32,040 nt of DNA from an uncultured Hyphomonadaceae bacterium (GTDB lineage: Bacteria; Pseudomonadota; Alphaproteobacteria; Caulobacterales; Hyphomonadaceae). The notes beneath the pieces were generated by a model. It made no database searches. It was not told the DNA's origin and worked only from the letters and a program-made list of their open reading frames with translations. The DNA lies in the NCBI GenBank assembly GCA_937873805.1, contig CALMWO010000325.1:1-32040 (forward strand). The letters run 5' to 3'. Within the stretch, counting starts at the first letter, position 1. Every line of letters starts with the position of its first letter. Positions 1-8,700 of the stretch are shown here, in pieces. Made by a program: the position numbers and the translations under genes.

Positions 1-28
1 CCGCAATGCCGATAACAGGCACAAAGAT

Positions 29-307
29 CTAGTTTGTCGTCTGGAAGTCCGACCAGTCGAGGCGGGAGCCGAAGTCTTCCCAGTCATTTTCCAGCCCGGA
101 AGCTTCAACAATGCTCCACAGGCGCCGGATGGCGGCCGGCTCGCCGCTGACCAGGAACAACGTGGCGCTCCGGTCTTCGGACACCTCGTTCGCGTCCAGC
201 GTCACGCCGCTGGCGTCGATCGCCTCAAGCGTTCGCGCAACAAGCTCCGACTGCCTGCCCTCGTCGGGATAGGATTCGCCGTTGAATATGAGAACACGCA
301 TTTCCAT
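29..307 (-). CDS. hypothetical small acidic protein (about 92 aa), no recognisable domain
   Basis: The ORF-track entry 29..334 opens on a TTG, and the first ATGs are at 307 and 301 (MEMRVLIFNG...). Third codon positions are mostly G/C, as in neighbouring real genes. It lies about 40 nt downstream of the 350..3967 ORF on the same strand. I saw no convincing Shine-Dalgarno, so the start is uncertain. Confidence 0.5.
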   Translation of the reverse strand: MEMRVLIFNGESYPDEGRQSELVARTLEAIDASGVTLDANEVSEDRSATLFLVSGEPAAIRRLWSIVEASGLENDWEDFGSRLDWSDFQTTN

Positions 308-349
308 CAGAAATAGATGGCGAGCGCAGCGCAAGGTTCAATACCCGAC

Positions 350-2254
350 CTAGTGGACGTTCAGCGCAGGCTCGCCCCAGGCTTCGCCATCGAAGATTTC
401 GGGCGCAAGCGCCTTCATCATTGACAGAGAAGCGTGCGGGTCGCGGCGGGCGGCATAGGAGACAATGGCGTCCAGCCGCGCCTGCACTTCCGCAATCGGC
501 GGCGAACGGCTCCAGGCAACCTCGAGGACGCCGTCAACGCTGGTGCTCTTCACCTGCTCGCGATCGTAGAAAACCGTTTCGGTCAGCTTCTCGCCGGGAC
601 GCGGCCCGGTGACGCGAATGAGGATGTCCTGGCCGGGCGTCAGGCCCTTCATGCGGATCATCTTCTCGGCAAGTTCGATGACGCGTACGGGCTCACCCAT
701 GTCGAGCACGTAGAGAATGGCGTCTTCCGCCTCGGACTTAGTGGAGAGCGCAGCCGCCTGCAGCACGAGGGCGGAAGCTTCTTCGACGCTCATGAAGTAG
801 CGCGTCATGTCGGGGTGAGTGACGGTCACAGGGCCGCCATCAGCGATCTGCTTTTCGAACAACGGCGCGACCGACCCCTTGGAGCCAAGCACGTTGCCGA
901 ACCGCACGAGCGAGAAACGCGTACCAGGCGCAGTGGGCGCGAAGGCCTGAATGAACAACTCGGCGGCGCGCTTGGTGGCGCCCATGACGTTGGTGGGGTT
1001 CACCGCCTTGTCAGTCGAGATGAAGGTGAAGCTCTTCACGCCCAGGGTCGCGGCGATGGTGGCGCAACGGCGCGCGCCGAGAACGTTGGTGAGGATCGCC
1101 TCGTTCGGATTAAGCTCCATCAGCGGCACGTGCTTGAGCGCCGCTGCATGAATCACGACGTCGGGCGCCGCTTCACGCATCGCCTGTTCGAGACGGATTT
1201 CGTCGCGCACATCGCCGATCACCATACGCCGCACGACGTTGGGATAGGCGCGGGAAAGCTCCTGGTCGATCTCGAAGACGTTGAACTCGGATGAGTCAAA
1301 GATGGTCAGCTCTGCCGGGCCGAGCGCCGCAGATTGGCGCGCCAGCTCCCCCCCGATCGTGCCGCCGCCGCCAGTGATGAAAACACGGGCGCCAGAGACA
1401 AGTTCGGCGACAGGCGCCATGTCGAGGCGGCGTTCAGGGCGCGCGAGAAGGTCAGCGGGGCGGATCTGCTCCAGCAGGGCCTTGGGCCCGATGCGCAGGA
1501 GCGTGGCCTTGCGCGCGGAGGCGACAGCAAGGGCGGCCTCCATCGTGCGGCGATCTTCCGGCGGAGCGGCAATGGCAATCCACGGCAGCTCACCGAAACG
1601 GGCCGTGTAATGGTCGAGCAACGTGGCCAGCTGCCCGATGCCGCCAAGCACTTGCACGCCTTCGATATCGCGGCCGAAATGCTGGCCGGACGTCTCGACG
1701 ATGCCGATCGTGCGGATAGGCGCGGACGACGCCTTGCGTGAAGCGCGCAGGGCTTCAGCAACGTGGCTGGCAGGGCCAACGACAAGCGCGCGCGGCGCAT
1801 AGGGAGGTTCGCGGCGGAAGATGGCGGTCAGGTCGCCGGTTGTCCTGCCCCGCGCCCAGAACCGCACGACCATCAGCATGGCCAGCCAGATGGGAAACTG
1901 GAGATAGATGCTGGTGAGCGGGTAATCCTGCAGCGTTTTCGCGAGGATCAGGATCGGCAGCGACATCAGGTGGGTAAGGGCAACCGCCTGGAAGATCCGC
2001 ACGACATCGCGCAGCGACGTATGGCGCCAGACCTGTCGATGGACGCCGCGCAGCCAGAGGGCGAAGGACGCCGCAACGCCGAAGGCGATGGCGACGAAGA
2101 AATCCAGCCAGGTGGGCGAGCCGCGTCCGGAAAAATAATAGGTGATCTGCGGCGCGAGATACATCGCAACCATGCCGCTGATGACGTCATAGCCAAAACA
2201 CGCGGCCTTGGCTTCGATAGCCGCCCTGCGGGCGGAACTCTCGAGGTTACTCAC
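350..2254 (-). other. complete PglF/WbpM/CapD-like module (aa 572-1205), potentially translatable on its own from the GTG at 2252..2254
   Basis: These 634 aa have the full architecture of membrane-bound UDP-GlcNAc 4,6-dehydratases: four N-terminal TM helices, a linker Rossmann-like region and a catalytic SDR domain. GAGAA lies 3 nt upstream of the GTG. Confidence 0.7.
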
Positions 2255-3967
2255 GATTCTCGACAGCGCCCACCGCACACGGTTTGGCGCTTGAGATCCA
2301 TCTGCCCCAGGATCAGCTACTCCCCGGATCACGAGCTGCCGCGTCTTCCGCGCGACCTCTGCTCCCCAGTAACGCGAATTTTCAACAGAAAGCAAAGTCT
2401 CGCTGCGGAATCTCCACACTCGTTGCCGTAAAGGCAATCCTAGGAATACCGTCCTATCGTCAGGTCCGTCGACGACCTGAACGTCTGGATGCAGGTGAAA
2501 CCGGATTTCAAACGGAATAAGGCCGCTCTGGAAGCTGGAGGCGGCCTCGGACATGGGCCGGGACAGGCTGTCCTCGCCGGTAATCCTGCCACCGTTCATC
2601 GCCACATAGAGCCTGCGCCGATAGATCAGCCCGTGGCGGACGCGCCAGCCACCGTGCTGGCCCTCGACGAGATACTGGTCGCCCTCCTCCATCCTGCGGA
2701 TAGCGAGCTGGGCGGGGCCTTCGGGAACACGCACGCCGGTGGCCGGGTCGAACGTGAAGACAGCCGAGTCCTCGCCATTCAGAGACAGCACGGAGTGCGC
2801 GGCGGTGCGGCGCGCGGCGTCACGGATGATCGGTTCGAGATCGGCATTGGCGCCGCACGAGGTGATAAGCCGCTCCGGGCCGTCATCGACCGTCAAGGCC
2901 AGCGCGCCAGCATGAGCCTGCGCACCGTTGGGACGTTCGGGACCTGCGCCAGCATCCACATAGACAGTCAGGCCTTCAGCCTGGATGCGCTGATAGGCGG
3001 ACAGGCGCGCGAAGGAGAATTTCGAGTTCACGGCGCCATGCGGCCGCATCGCGGCCCGGCCAATGCCGTTCGAGCTGTCGCCTCCCCCGTTCGCCGGAAG
3101 AATGCCGCCGTCGGCCTGCTGAAAGAAGGACAGCATGGCAGCCATTCGCGTCTGAAGCTTGGTCAGAAAACTGGGCGCATTGAGGCCAAGCCGGAGCAGA
3201 AGCTCCTCGACCGTCTGGATGTCGAGCATGGCCTCTGCCAGCGCTTCGGGGCTGCGGCTTGCATGACCGCCATCCGGCAGGATCTGGGCGTTGCACTCCG
3301 CCTCCAGCATGGCGAGACCCGCTTCGAGGATCTTGTGGCTATCGTCCGCCACGGCTCCGCCTAGGCAAAGCGCGACAGCGATACGGAAGCGGCTTACCGG
3401 GTCGGTTTCCTCTGGCCCCGAGAACTGCAGATGCCGCAGCTGTCGCCCGATCGTGTCCATCACCGCGGCGCGCGTCTCGCCTTCGAGCGGTGCAAACATC
3501 CACGGCCCGACACAAAGCCAGTTGATCAGCCGGTCCGCGGTGACCGACAGGCGCCAGGCGAAATTCTCCCATTTCCCATGAACATCGGTCCACGCAACGA
3601 CCAGAGCGCGCGCGCGGGATTCACCTGCAGGCCCAAGGCTCGCAAGATCGCGCAACCAGTGGAAGCGATGGATGCGATCCGTAAAATGGATGGAGGGAAA
3701 AGCCGGACCCCATGGCGAATGACCGGCGGGCGTTTCGATGTGTGAGGCGCCGAACTTCCACTTGCCCGCGAGGATCGCTTCGCCGCGCTGGCGGTTGATC
3801 GGACGATTGTCCTTGGGCAGGGCGGCGAGGCCCGTCGGCCCCGGACCCGAAATGCGAAGACGATGAACCGGCGAGACATTGATCGGCATGCCGGACTTGC
3901 CGGTCAGTTCAAGCCATTGCGCGTCTTCGGCTTCACGCCCGGAAGGTCCGAGAGGTGGGAGAGACAT
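350..3967 (-). CDS. fusion ORF: N-terminal heparinase II/III-like domain, four predicted TM helices, then a C-terminal PglF/WbpM/CapD-type NDP-sugar 4,6-dehydratase
   Basis: This is an uninterrupted 1205-codon ORF with an ATG at 3965..3967. That ATG is preceded by GGTGAGAGAG and sits 6 nt after the rpe stop. The N-terminal half has heparinase II/III-family hallmarks (FHWLRDL, ILPDGGHASRSPEAL, GALALTVDDGPERLITSCG). The C-terminal half has hydrophobic helices, a Rossmann motif ITGGGGTIGGEL, and the STDKAVNPTNVMGATKR and RFGNVLGSKGSV motifs typical of CapD/PglF/WbpM. Confidence 0.8.
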   Translation of the reverse strand: MSLPPLGPSGREAEDAQWLELTGKSGMPINVSPVHRLRISGPGPTGLAALPKDNRPINRQRGEAILAGKWKFGASHIETPAGHSPWGPAFPSIHFTDRIHRFHWLRDLASLGPAGESRARALVVAWTDVHGKWENFAWRLSVTADRLINWLCVGPWMFAPLEGETRAAVMDTIGRQLRHLQFSGPEETDPVSRFRIAVALCLGGAVADDSHKILEAGLAMLEAECNAQILPDGGHASRSPEALAEAMLDIQTVEELLLRLGLNAPSFLTKLQTRMAAMLSFFQQADGGILPANGGGDSSNGIGRAAMRPHGAVNSKFSFARLSAYQRIQAEGLTVYVDAGAGPERPNGAQAHAGALALTVDDGPERLITSCGANADLEPIIRDAARRTAAHSVLSLNGEDSAVFTFDPATGVRVPEGPAQLAIRRMEEGDQYLVEGQHGGWRVRHGLIYRRRLYVAMNGGRITGEDSLSRPMSEAASSFQSGLIPFEIRFHLHPDVQVVDGPDDRTVFLGLPLRQRVWRFRSETLLSVENSRYWGAEVARKTRQLVIRGVADPGADGSQAPNRVRWALSRIVSNLESSARRAAIEAKAACFGYDVISGMVAMYLAPQITYYFSGRGSPTWLDFFVAIAFGVAASFALWLRGVHRQVWRHTSLRDVVRIFQAVALTHLMSLPILILAKTLQDYPLTSIYLQFPIWLAMLMVVRFWARGRTTGDLTAIFRREPPYAPRALVVGPASHVAEALRASRKASSAPIRTIGIVETSGQHFGRDIEGVQVLGGIGQLATLLDHYTARFGELPWIAIAAPPEDRRTMEAALAVASARKATLLRIGPKALLEQIRPADLLARPERRLDMAPVAELVSGARVFITGGGGTIGGELARQSAALGPAELTIFDSSEFNVFEIDQELSRAYPNVVRRMVIGDVRDEIRLEQAMREAAPDVVIHAAALKHVPLMELNPNEAILTNVLGARRCATIAATLGVKSFTFISTDKAVNPTNVMGATKRAAELFIQAFAPTAPGTRFSLVRFGNVLGSKGSVAPLFEKQIADGGPVTVTHPDMTRYFMSVEEASALVLQAAALSTKSEAEDAILYVLDMGEPVRVIELAEKMIRMKGLTPGQDILIRVTGPRPGEKLTETVFYDREQVKSTSVDGVLEVAWSRSPPIAEVQARLDAIVSYAARRDPHASLSMMKALAPEIFDGEAWGEPALNVH
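2255..3967 (-). other. heparinase II/III-like domain region (aa 1-571 of the fusion ORF)
   Basis: The length (about 570 aa) and motifs match stand-alone alphaproteobacterial heparinase II/III-family proteins as I recall them. The region ends ...NRVRWALSRI just before an in-frame GTG. Confidence 0.7.
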
Positions 3968-3973
3968 GCTCTC

Positions 3974-4657
3974 TCACCCGCGCGTGCTGGCGGCGGGTCG
4001 GGCGTCGCGGATGGCGGCAATCGCACTGGCGTAGTTCTTGGGACCCTTGCCGAAAACGGCCGAGCCGGCGACCAGCGCAGTGGCGCCGGCCGAAATGATC
4101 GCGCCAGCATTTTCCGGGATCACGCCGCCATCGACTTCTAGGATGGTCTTGAGATTGGCGCGGTCGAGCTTCTTGCGGATCGCCTCGATCTTGCGGAGCT
4201 GGCTGTCGATGAATTTCTGACCGCCAAAACCTGGGTTCACGCTCATTACAAGGATGAGGTCGAGTTCTTCGAGGACAGGGTCGAGCACGTCGGCTGGCGT
4301 CGACGGGTTGAGCGCCGCGCCGGCCTTCTTGCCGAGCTTCTTGATGACCTGGAGAGTGCGATGGAAGTGCGGACCGGCTTCCGGATGGGCGGTGATGATG
4401 TCTGCGCCAGCCGCCGCAAAGGCCTCAAGATAGAGGTCCACCGGCTGGATCATGAGATGGACGTCAAAGGGCTTTTTCGTATGCGGCCGCAGCTTTTCGA
4501 TCACCACAGGGCCGATCGAGATGTTCGGCACGAAATGCCCGTCCATCACATCGACATGGATCATGTCGGCGCCGGCTTCGTCGACGGCGCGGACTTCCTC
4601 GCCCAGGCGCGCAAAGTCCGCCGCCAGAATCGAGGGAGAAATCAGGATATCCGACAT
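3974..4657 (-). CDS. rpe: ribulose-phosphate 3-epimerase
   Basis: The 227-aa product starts at the ATG at 4655..4657 ([21 protein letters not shown]...). It carries the canonical motifs [24 protein letters not shown] and EVDGG. The longer ORF-track start at 4693 adds 12 non-conserved residues. Confidence 0.95.
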   Translation of the reverse strand: MSDILISPSILAADFARLGEEVRAVDEAGADMIHVDVMDGHFVPNISIGPVVIEKLRPHTKKPFDVHLMIQPVDLYLEAFAAAGADIITAHPEAGPHFHRTLQVIKKLGKKAGAALNPSTPADVLDPVLEELDLILVMSVNPGFGGQKFIDSQLRKIEAIRKKLDRANLKTILEVDGGVIPENAGAIISAGATALVAGSAVFGKGPKNYASAIAAIRDARPAASTRG

Positions 4658-4726
4658 GGCAATTGGCCTAGCAGCGAGGATTTGCGCGCGCAAGGCGAGC
4701 GCACCAGCAAGGCAAGGTTCCCCATA

Positions 4727-4756
4727 CGAAAACCGCCCGGAGGGTGCTCCGGGCGG
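4727..4756 (-). terminator. Rho-independent terminator downstream of the glycine-zipper lipoprotein gene
   Basis: There is a perfect 10-bp GC-rich stem, CCGCCCGGAG (4733..4742) pairing with CTCCGGGCGG (4747..4756), around a 4-nt loop. On the minus strand it is followed by UUUUCGUAU. It begins 27 nt after the stop at 4783. Confidence 0.7.
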
Positions 4757-4782
4757 CTTGGAAATCTGAAAATTTGGAAAGG

Positions 4783-5334
4783 CTAGTAGTAGCCGATCGA
4801 GGAATTCTGCGGGATCACCCGGGCGCGGGCGCCATATTCGATCAGCACGGGCGTGCCGGTCGGGATGGCATAGTCGCCAGCCTGGGCGACCGACACCAGT
4901 TCGCCCGAACGCAGGCGGATGGTGTAGGCGTAACCTGACTGCGCCGTGGCCGCGTTGCCAGCCGCATTGCCCAGAACACCGCCAAGAATGGCGCCGCCGA
5001 TGGCGCCGGCCGTGTTGGCTTTCGAACCGCCGCCGATTTCGCTTCCGGCAAGGCCGCCAAGCGCGGCTCCGGCGAGCGTGCCAACTTTCGAACCCTGCAA
5101 AGACCCTTCGATCTGGATCGGGCGCGTGCCGACGACCGTGCCTTCTTCGACACGGGCGACCGTACCGATCGAGCCACGATCATAGCTGTTGGCGCCAAGG
5201 CCGCTGGCGCATCCGGCCAGCGCGGTGGCGAGAACCGCGAACGCGATTGCAAAAGCCTTCTGGGGCTTGGCGATCGTGGAGCCGCGCAGGCTTTCGATCG
5301 GGGCAGTCGCCGCGGTGAAATTTGATCCGTCCAT
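4783..5334 (-). CDS. outer-membrane lipoprotein with glycine-zipper domain (SlyB / 17-kDa surface antigen-like)
   Basis: The ATG at 5332..5334 is preceded by AGGAG 6 nt upstream. The product has a signal peptide with lipobox LAGC. It also has Gly-zipper repeats ([36 protein letters not shown]). Confidence 0.8.
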   Translation of the reverse strand: MDGSNFTAATAPIESLRGSTIAKPQKAFAIAFAVLATALAGCASGLGANSYDRGSIGTVARVEEGTVVGTRPIQIEGSLQGSKVGTLAGAALGGLAGSEIGGGSKANTAGAIGGAILGGVLGNAAGNAATAQSGYAYTIRLRSGELVSVAQAGDYAIPTGTPVLIEYGARARVIPQNSSIGYY

Positions 5335-5517
5335 CACGCACTCCTGTGGGACGGAGTAACTGGGGAGGTCCCCGTCCCTACACACAACTCATACCAGAAG
5401 CGGTTGAACCGCCGCTGAACCCAATCGTCCGGTTTCGTTGCTTATCGGTGGCAGGATTATGTCTTTCCCGGCCACGGGAAACCGGCGCTGCGTCCACGCT
5501 GTGGAATGGGATTGCGC

Positions 5518-6927
5518 CTAGGCGCGTTCAAGACGCGCTATATAGAAAATGTCCGATTTCATTGGCTCGGATGCACTTTCGGCCGCGAGCGATGCAGCGG
5601 CGACACGCGGCAAACTGTCAGGCGTGGGCGCTGTAATTACGTCGCCGTCATCCGTTAACGCGACCTCGAAGCCTGGGATCTCTTCAGGGGTGATTTTAAC
5701 GCGCCGCCAACTTCCGGTCGCAAGCGCGGCTTCGACAATATCGCGGCCTTCCTCGGGCGTTGGCGTACAGACCGAATAGATCAGGCGACCACCCGGGCGG
5801 AGCATGTCGGCGGCGGCTTCAACCAGCTGTGCCTGTGTTGCGGGGAAACGCGCCATGTCTTTCGGATCGCGACGCCACGCCCCTTCGGGATGGCGGCGGA
5901 GGATGCCCAGCGCGGAACAGGGCGCATCGAGCAGGACCGCGTCGAGCAGCTCAGATGGACGCCAGGTACGGGCATCGTGCTCGACGATATTCATCGGCAG
6001 TCTGGCGCGCTCGGCGTTCTCGCGCAGCCGAGCGATGCGCTGGCGGGAAACCTCGACGGCAGTAAGCTTCGCTCCAGCGGCGGCGAGCTGCATCGCCTTC
6101 CCACCCGGCGCCGCACAAAGATCGGCGACGCGCTTACCGGAAATGTCTCCGATCAGCTTTGCCGGAAGCGCCGCGGCGGCGTCCTGCACCCACCATGCAC
6201 CGTCAGCGTAGCCGGGGAGGTCAGCAAGCCCTGCCCCACTGGCGAGACGGACCGACCCGGATGGTAGCACACTACCGCCAAGCTTTTCGGCCCAAGCGGC
6301 TGGATCAGCGCCCGGCTTCAGCGTGATATCGATGGGCGGCTCTTCAAGCTGCAGGCGGCCCATGGCGTCTGCCCGCTCAGGCCCAAGCGCGGATTTCAGC
6401 TTGGCCGCCATCCATTCAGGCCAGACCGATGTGGGCGGCGCAGTGTGAAAGGCCTCCGCCTCGCGAGCCGCGCGGCGGAGGACGGCGTTGACGAGACCGC
6501 CCCCACGACGAGCCTCATGCCATTTGCCGGCAGCCTCGACGGATGCCGAAACAGCGGCATGATCGGCGACGCCGAGCATCCAGAGCTGGGCTGCGCCCGC
6601 ACAGAGGATCGCGCGCACTTCGGGCTCCATATCCGCCATCGGACGCTGGACCATGCCGCCAAGCGCATAGTCGATACGGCCAATGCCCCGCAGGGCGGCC
6701 CCGGCGATGGCGCGGGCGAAGCCACGGTCAGGGCCCTCCAGCCGCCGGAACATACGACTGGCGTCCATGGCCGCTTCGAGATCGAGGCCCTTGTCGAGCG
6801 TGTGATGAAGCAGCTCGGCGGCAGCCAGACGGCTTTGCCAGCCGGCCGCTTCGGTGCGCTTTTCTTGTGGAGGTCGGGCCATGGGCGGCTGGTAGCGGCT
6901 TGCAGGATCGCTGGCCAGAGCCCGCAT
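5518..6927 (-). CDS. rsmB: 16S rRNA (cytosine967-C5)-methyltransferase
   Basis: The product has an N-terminal NusB-like region followed by SAM-MTase motifs: DLCAAPGGK, LLDAPCSALG and YSVCT. The start is uncertain (ATG at 6927 or 6882), and neither has a clear SD. Confidence 0.85.
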   Translation of the reverse strand: MRALASDPASRYQPPMARPPQEKRTEAAGWQSRLAAAELLHHTLDKGLDLEAAMDASRMFRRLEGPDRGFARAIAGAALRGIGRIDYALGGMVQRPMADMEPEVRAILCAGAAQLWMLGVADHAAVSASVEAAGKWHEARRGGGLVNAVLRRAAREAEAFHTAPPTSVWPEWMAAKLKSALGPERADAMGRLQLEEPPIDITLKPGADPAAWAEKLGGSVLPSGSVRLASGAGLADLPGYADGAWWVQDAAAALPAKLIGDISGKRVADLCAAPGGKAMQLAAAGAKLTAVEVSRQRIARLRENAERARLPMNIVEHDARTWRPSELLDAVLLDAPCSALGILRRHPEGAWRRDPKDMARFPATQAQLVEAAADMLRPGGRLIYSVCTPTPEEGRDIVEAALATGSWRRVKITPEEIPGFEVALTDDGDVITAPTPDSLPRVAAASLAAESASEPMKSDIFYIARLERA

Positions 6928-6950
6928 GCGGGTGGGCGAGCCCGGGAACG

Positions 6951-6978
6951 AAAATGCCCGGCGCTGGGCCGGGCATTT
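6951..6978 (-). terminator. Rho-independent terminator downstream of the htpX-like gene
   Basis: There is a perfect 11-bp stem, AAATGCCCGGC (6952..6962) pairing with GCCGGGCATTT (6968..6978), around a 5-nt loop. On the minus strand it is followed by UUUUCGUU. It begins 25 nt after the stop at 7004. Confidence 0.75.
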
Positions 6979-7003
6979 CAGTCTTTGAGAGCGGCCTGAA
7001 CCG

Positions 7004-7831
7004 CTACTCCACGCCTTCCATCTCGGCGGCCTGGCGGTGCAGGCGCTGGATGCGGCGTTCGGGCGGCGGGTGCGTCGCGCTGGCGGTGCGGCGTTTGCCG
7101 TGCAGCGGATCGATGACGAAGGTGTGGGCCGTGGCAGGGCTGCGCTCGGCCAGCGGGTTCAGCAGCGACATGGTGTGGCGCTCAAGCTTCAGCAGCGCGT
7201 TGGCCAGGTTGACCGGGGCGCCGCAGATTTCGCCGGCGTGCTTGTCGGCGGCGTATTCGCGGGCGTGGCTCTGACCGACGCGGGCGACGAGGCCAGAGAC
7301 GATGCGCGAGACCCGTTTGCGCTGGCCCAGCGGATAGGCAAGCGTCCCGAAAATGGTGGTCAACACGACGGCCAACGCCGAGCAGACGCCCATGGCGAGC
7401 GCATCGCCACGTTTGACGTGGGCAAGCTCATGAGCGACCACGGCCGAGACTTCAGCACGGGTCAGGGTCTTGAGCAGGCCGTCGGTGACGGCGATCGAGG
7501 CATGATTGGTGTCACGGCCAGCGACGAAGGCGTTCGGCTGGAAAGCATCTACGATATAGGTGCGCGGACGCGGCATGTTGGCCCGCATGGCGAGGCGATC
7601 GCAATCAGCGACAAAAGCGCGGATCATCGGCGAGGCGTCGTCAGAGCCGACCTCTCGGGCATTGTGCAGCTTCAGCATGATCTTCTCGGCGTACCAGAAG
7701 ACCACGACGTGGAAGCCAAGCGCGATCAGCGTGCCGATCAGCGCGCCGTCCTTCTGCGCGATGGACCAGCCCAGCCCCGCAAACGCGAGGTGGATCAGCA
7801 GCATCAGTCCGGCGGCCTTAAAATAGCTCAT
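7004..7831 (-). CDS. htpX: M48-family zinc metallopeptidase, HtpX-like
   Basis: The 275-aa product starts at the ATG at 7829..7831 (MSYFKAAGLMLLIHLAF...). It has two N-terminal TM helices, the HExxH motif HELAHVKRGD, and further TM helices after it. The upstream 66 codons of the track ORF look non-coding. Confidence 0.85.
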   Translation of the reverse strand: MSYFKAAGLMLLIHLAFAGLGWSIAQKDGALIGTLIALGFHVVVFWYAEKIMLKLHNAREVGSDDASPMIRAFVADCDRLAMRANMPRPRTYIVDAFQPNAFVAGRDTNHASIAVTDGLLKTLTRAEVSAVVAHELAHVKRGDALAMGVCSALAVVLTTIFGTLAYPLGQRKRVSRIVSGLVARVGQSHAREYAADKHAGEICGAPVNLANALLKLERHTMSLLNPLAERSPATAHTFVIDPLHGKRRTASATHPPPERRIQRLHRQAAEMEGVE

Positions 7832-7932
7832 GAAGGCTCTCTCAACACAGGTCGTCGCCCCGTATGGGGATGTTTGGCGGTGTTGGTAAAAGCATCCTTT
7901 CCAAACATGAAAAAATTGGTGAACGTGGCGGC

Positions 7933-8199
7933 ATGAGCGACGAAACAACTGCATCCGATAACCAGCGTGGCGCGGAAGACTCGGTCCCGCAGCCGGACGA
8001 ACAAACACAGGTGATGCCGGGCGCAGCACCCGGTAAGCTGCTGAGCCGCGAAGCGGTGCGTGCGCTTGAGGAAGCTGAAGCGCGGCGCCAGGCCGCGCCC
8101 CGGCAAGATTTGCCTACCGAGATAAACGGCCGCCGTCAGGGCGAAGAACCCACCCGCTATGGCGACTGGGAAAAGAAGGGTCTGGCGGTCGATTTCTAG
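7933..8199 (+). CDS. DUF1674 protein (SDHAF4-like)
   Basis: The C-terminus EINGRRQGEEPTRYGDWEKKGLAVDF matches the DUF1674 signature (EINGxxGPEPTRYGDWExKGxxxDF). I chose the ATG at 7933 because codons upstream have a low GC3. The ATG at 7864 is an alternative start. Confidence 0.75.
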   Translation: MSDETTASDNQRGAEDSVPQPDEQTQVMPGAAPGKLLSREAVRALEEAEARRQAAPRQDLPTEINGRRQGEEPTRYGDWEKKGLAVDF

Positions 8200-8246
8200 G
8201 TCCAGGCCACACGCGATACGGCATGGCGAGTGCATTGGAGGCCGTC

Positions 8247-8690
8247 ATGATGAAGCTTTCCCGCCTTGTGGCCGCCGCCCTCGTGCTGTCCTTCAGCGCC
8301 GCCGCTATTGCTGGCCCGTCCTACGCGGATGGCCGCAAACGCCCCGCGCGCGTGACCGCACCCCCGCCTCCGCCGCTGCGCGTTCCCGCGCCCGCGCCCC
8401 CGGTTCAGCCCCAGCCCGCCCCCATCAAGCTCGTTCCGGTCGCTCCGCCGTCGATCGTCCTGCCGTCCAATTTTGGCACAGGCGGCGTGGGCATCGACAT
8501 CAATGGCGGCTCGGGCGGCGGTGGCCGTCTGATCGTGATTTCCAGCGGCTCGGCGCGCGCTCAGGCGTCCGCAACTGCCTTCGCCTTCGCCAGTGCGTCA
8601 GCGACCTCTTTCGCAGGTGGCGGCGGTAAGGGAGGCGGCCATGGCGGCAGCAAGGGCGGCGGTGGCGGCCACGGCTGCGGCTGCAAGTAA
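8247..8690 (+). CDS. exported Pro-rich / Gly-rich low-complexity protein, unknown function
   Basis: A GGAGG lies 6 nt upstream of the ATGATG at 8247. The product has a Sec signal peptide (MMKLSRLVAAALVLSFSAAAIAG). It continues with a poly-Pro segment, an Ala/Ser-rich segment, and a Gly/His/Cys tail GGGKGGGHGGSKGGGGGHGCGCK. Confidence 0.6.
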   Translation: MMKLSRLVAAALVLSFSAAAIAGPSYADGRKRPARVTAPPPPPLRVPAPAPPVQPQPAPIKLVPVAPPSIVLPSNFGTGGVGIDINGGSGGGGRLIVISSGSARAQASATAFAFASASATSFAGGGGKGGGHGGSKGGGGGHGCGCK

Positions 8691-8700
8691 GCGCCAGCCC

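Noticed and set aside
434-3364. Plus-strand ORFs 434..1294, 1763..2431 and 2489..3364, among others
   Set aside because: All are antisense to, or out of frame within, the 1205-codon minus-strand ORF, which carries the recognisable domains.
5464-5481. Hairpin TTTCCCG-gcca-CGGGAAA downstream of rsmB
   Set aside because: The stem is only 7 bp and half of it is A/T. There is no U-tract on the minus strand, so the evidence is insufficient to call a terminator.
7037-7936. 299-codon plus-strand ORF
   Set aside because: It is antisense to the HtpX-like peptidase gene (HELAH motif and TM helices on the minus strand).
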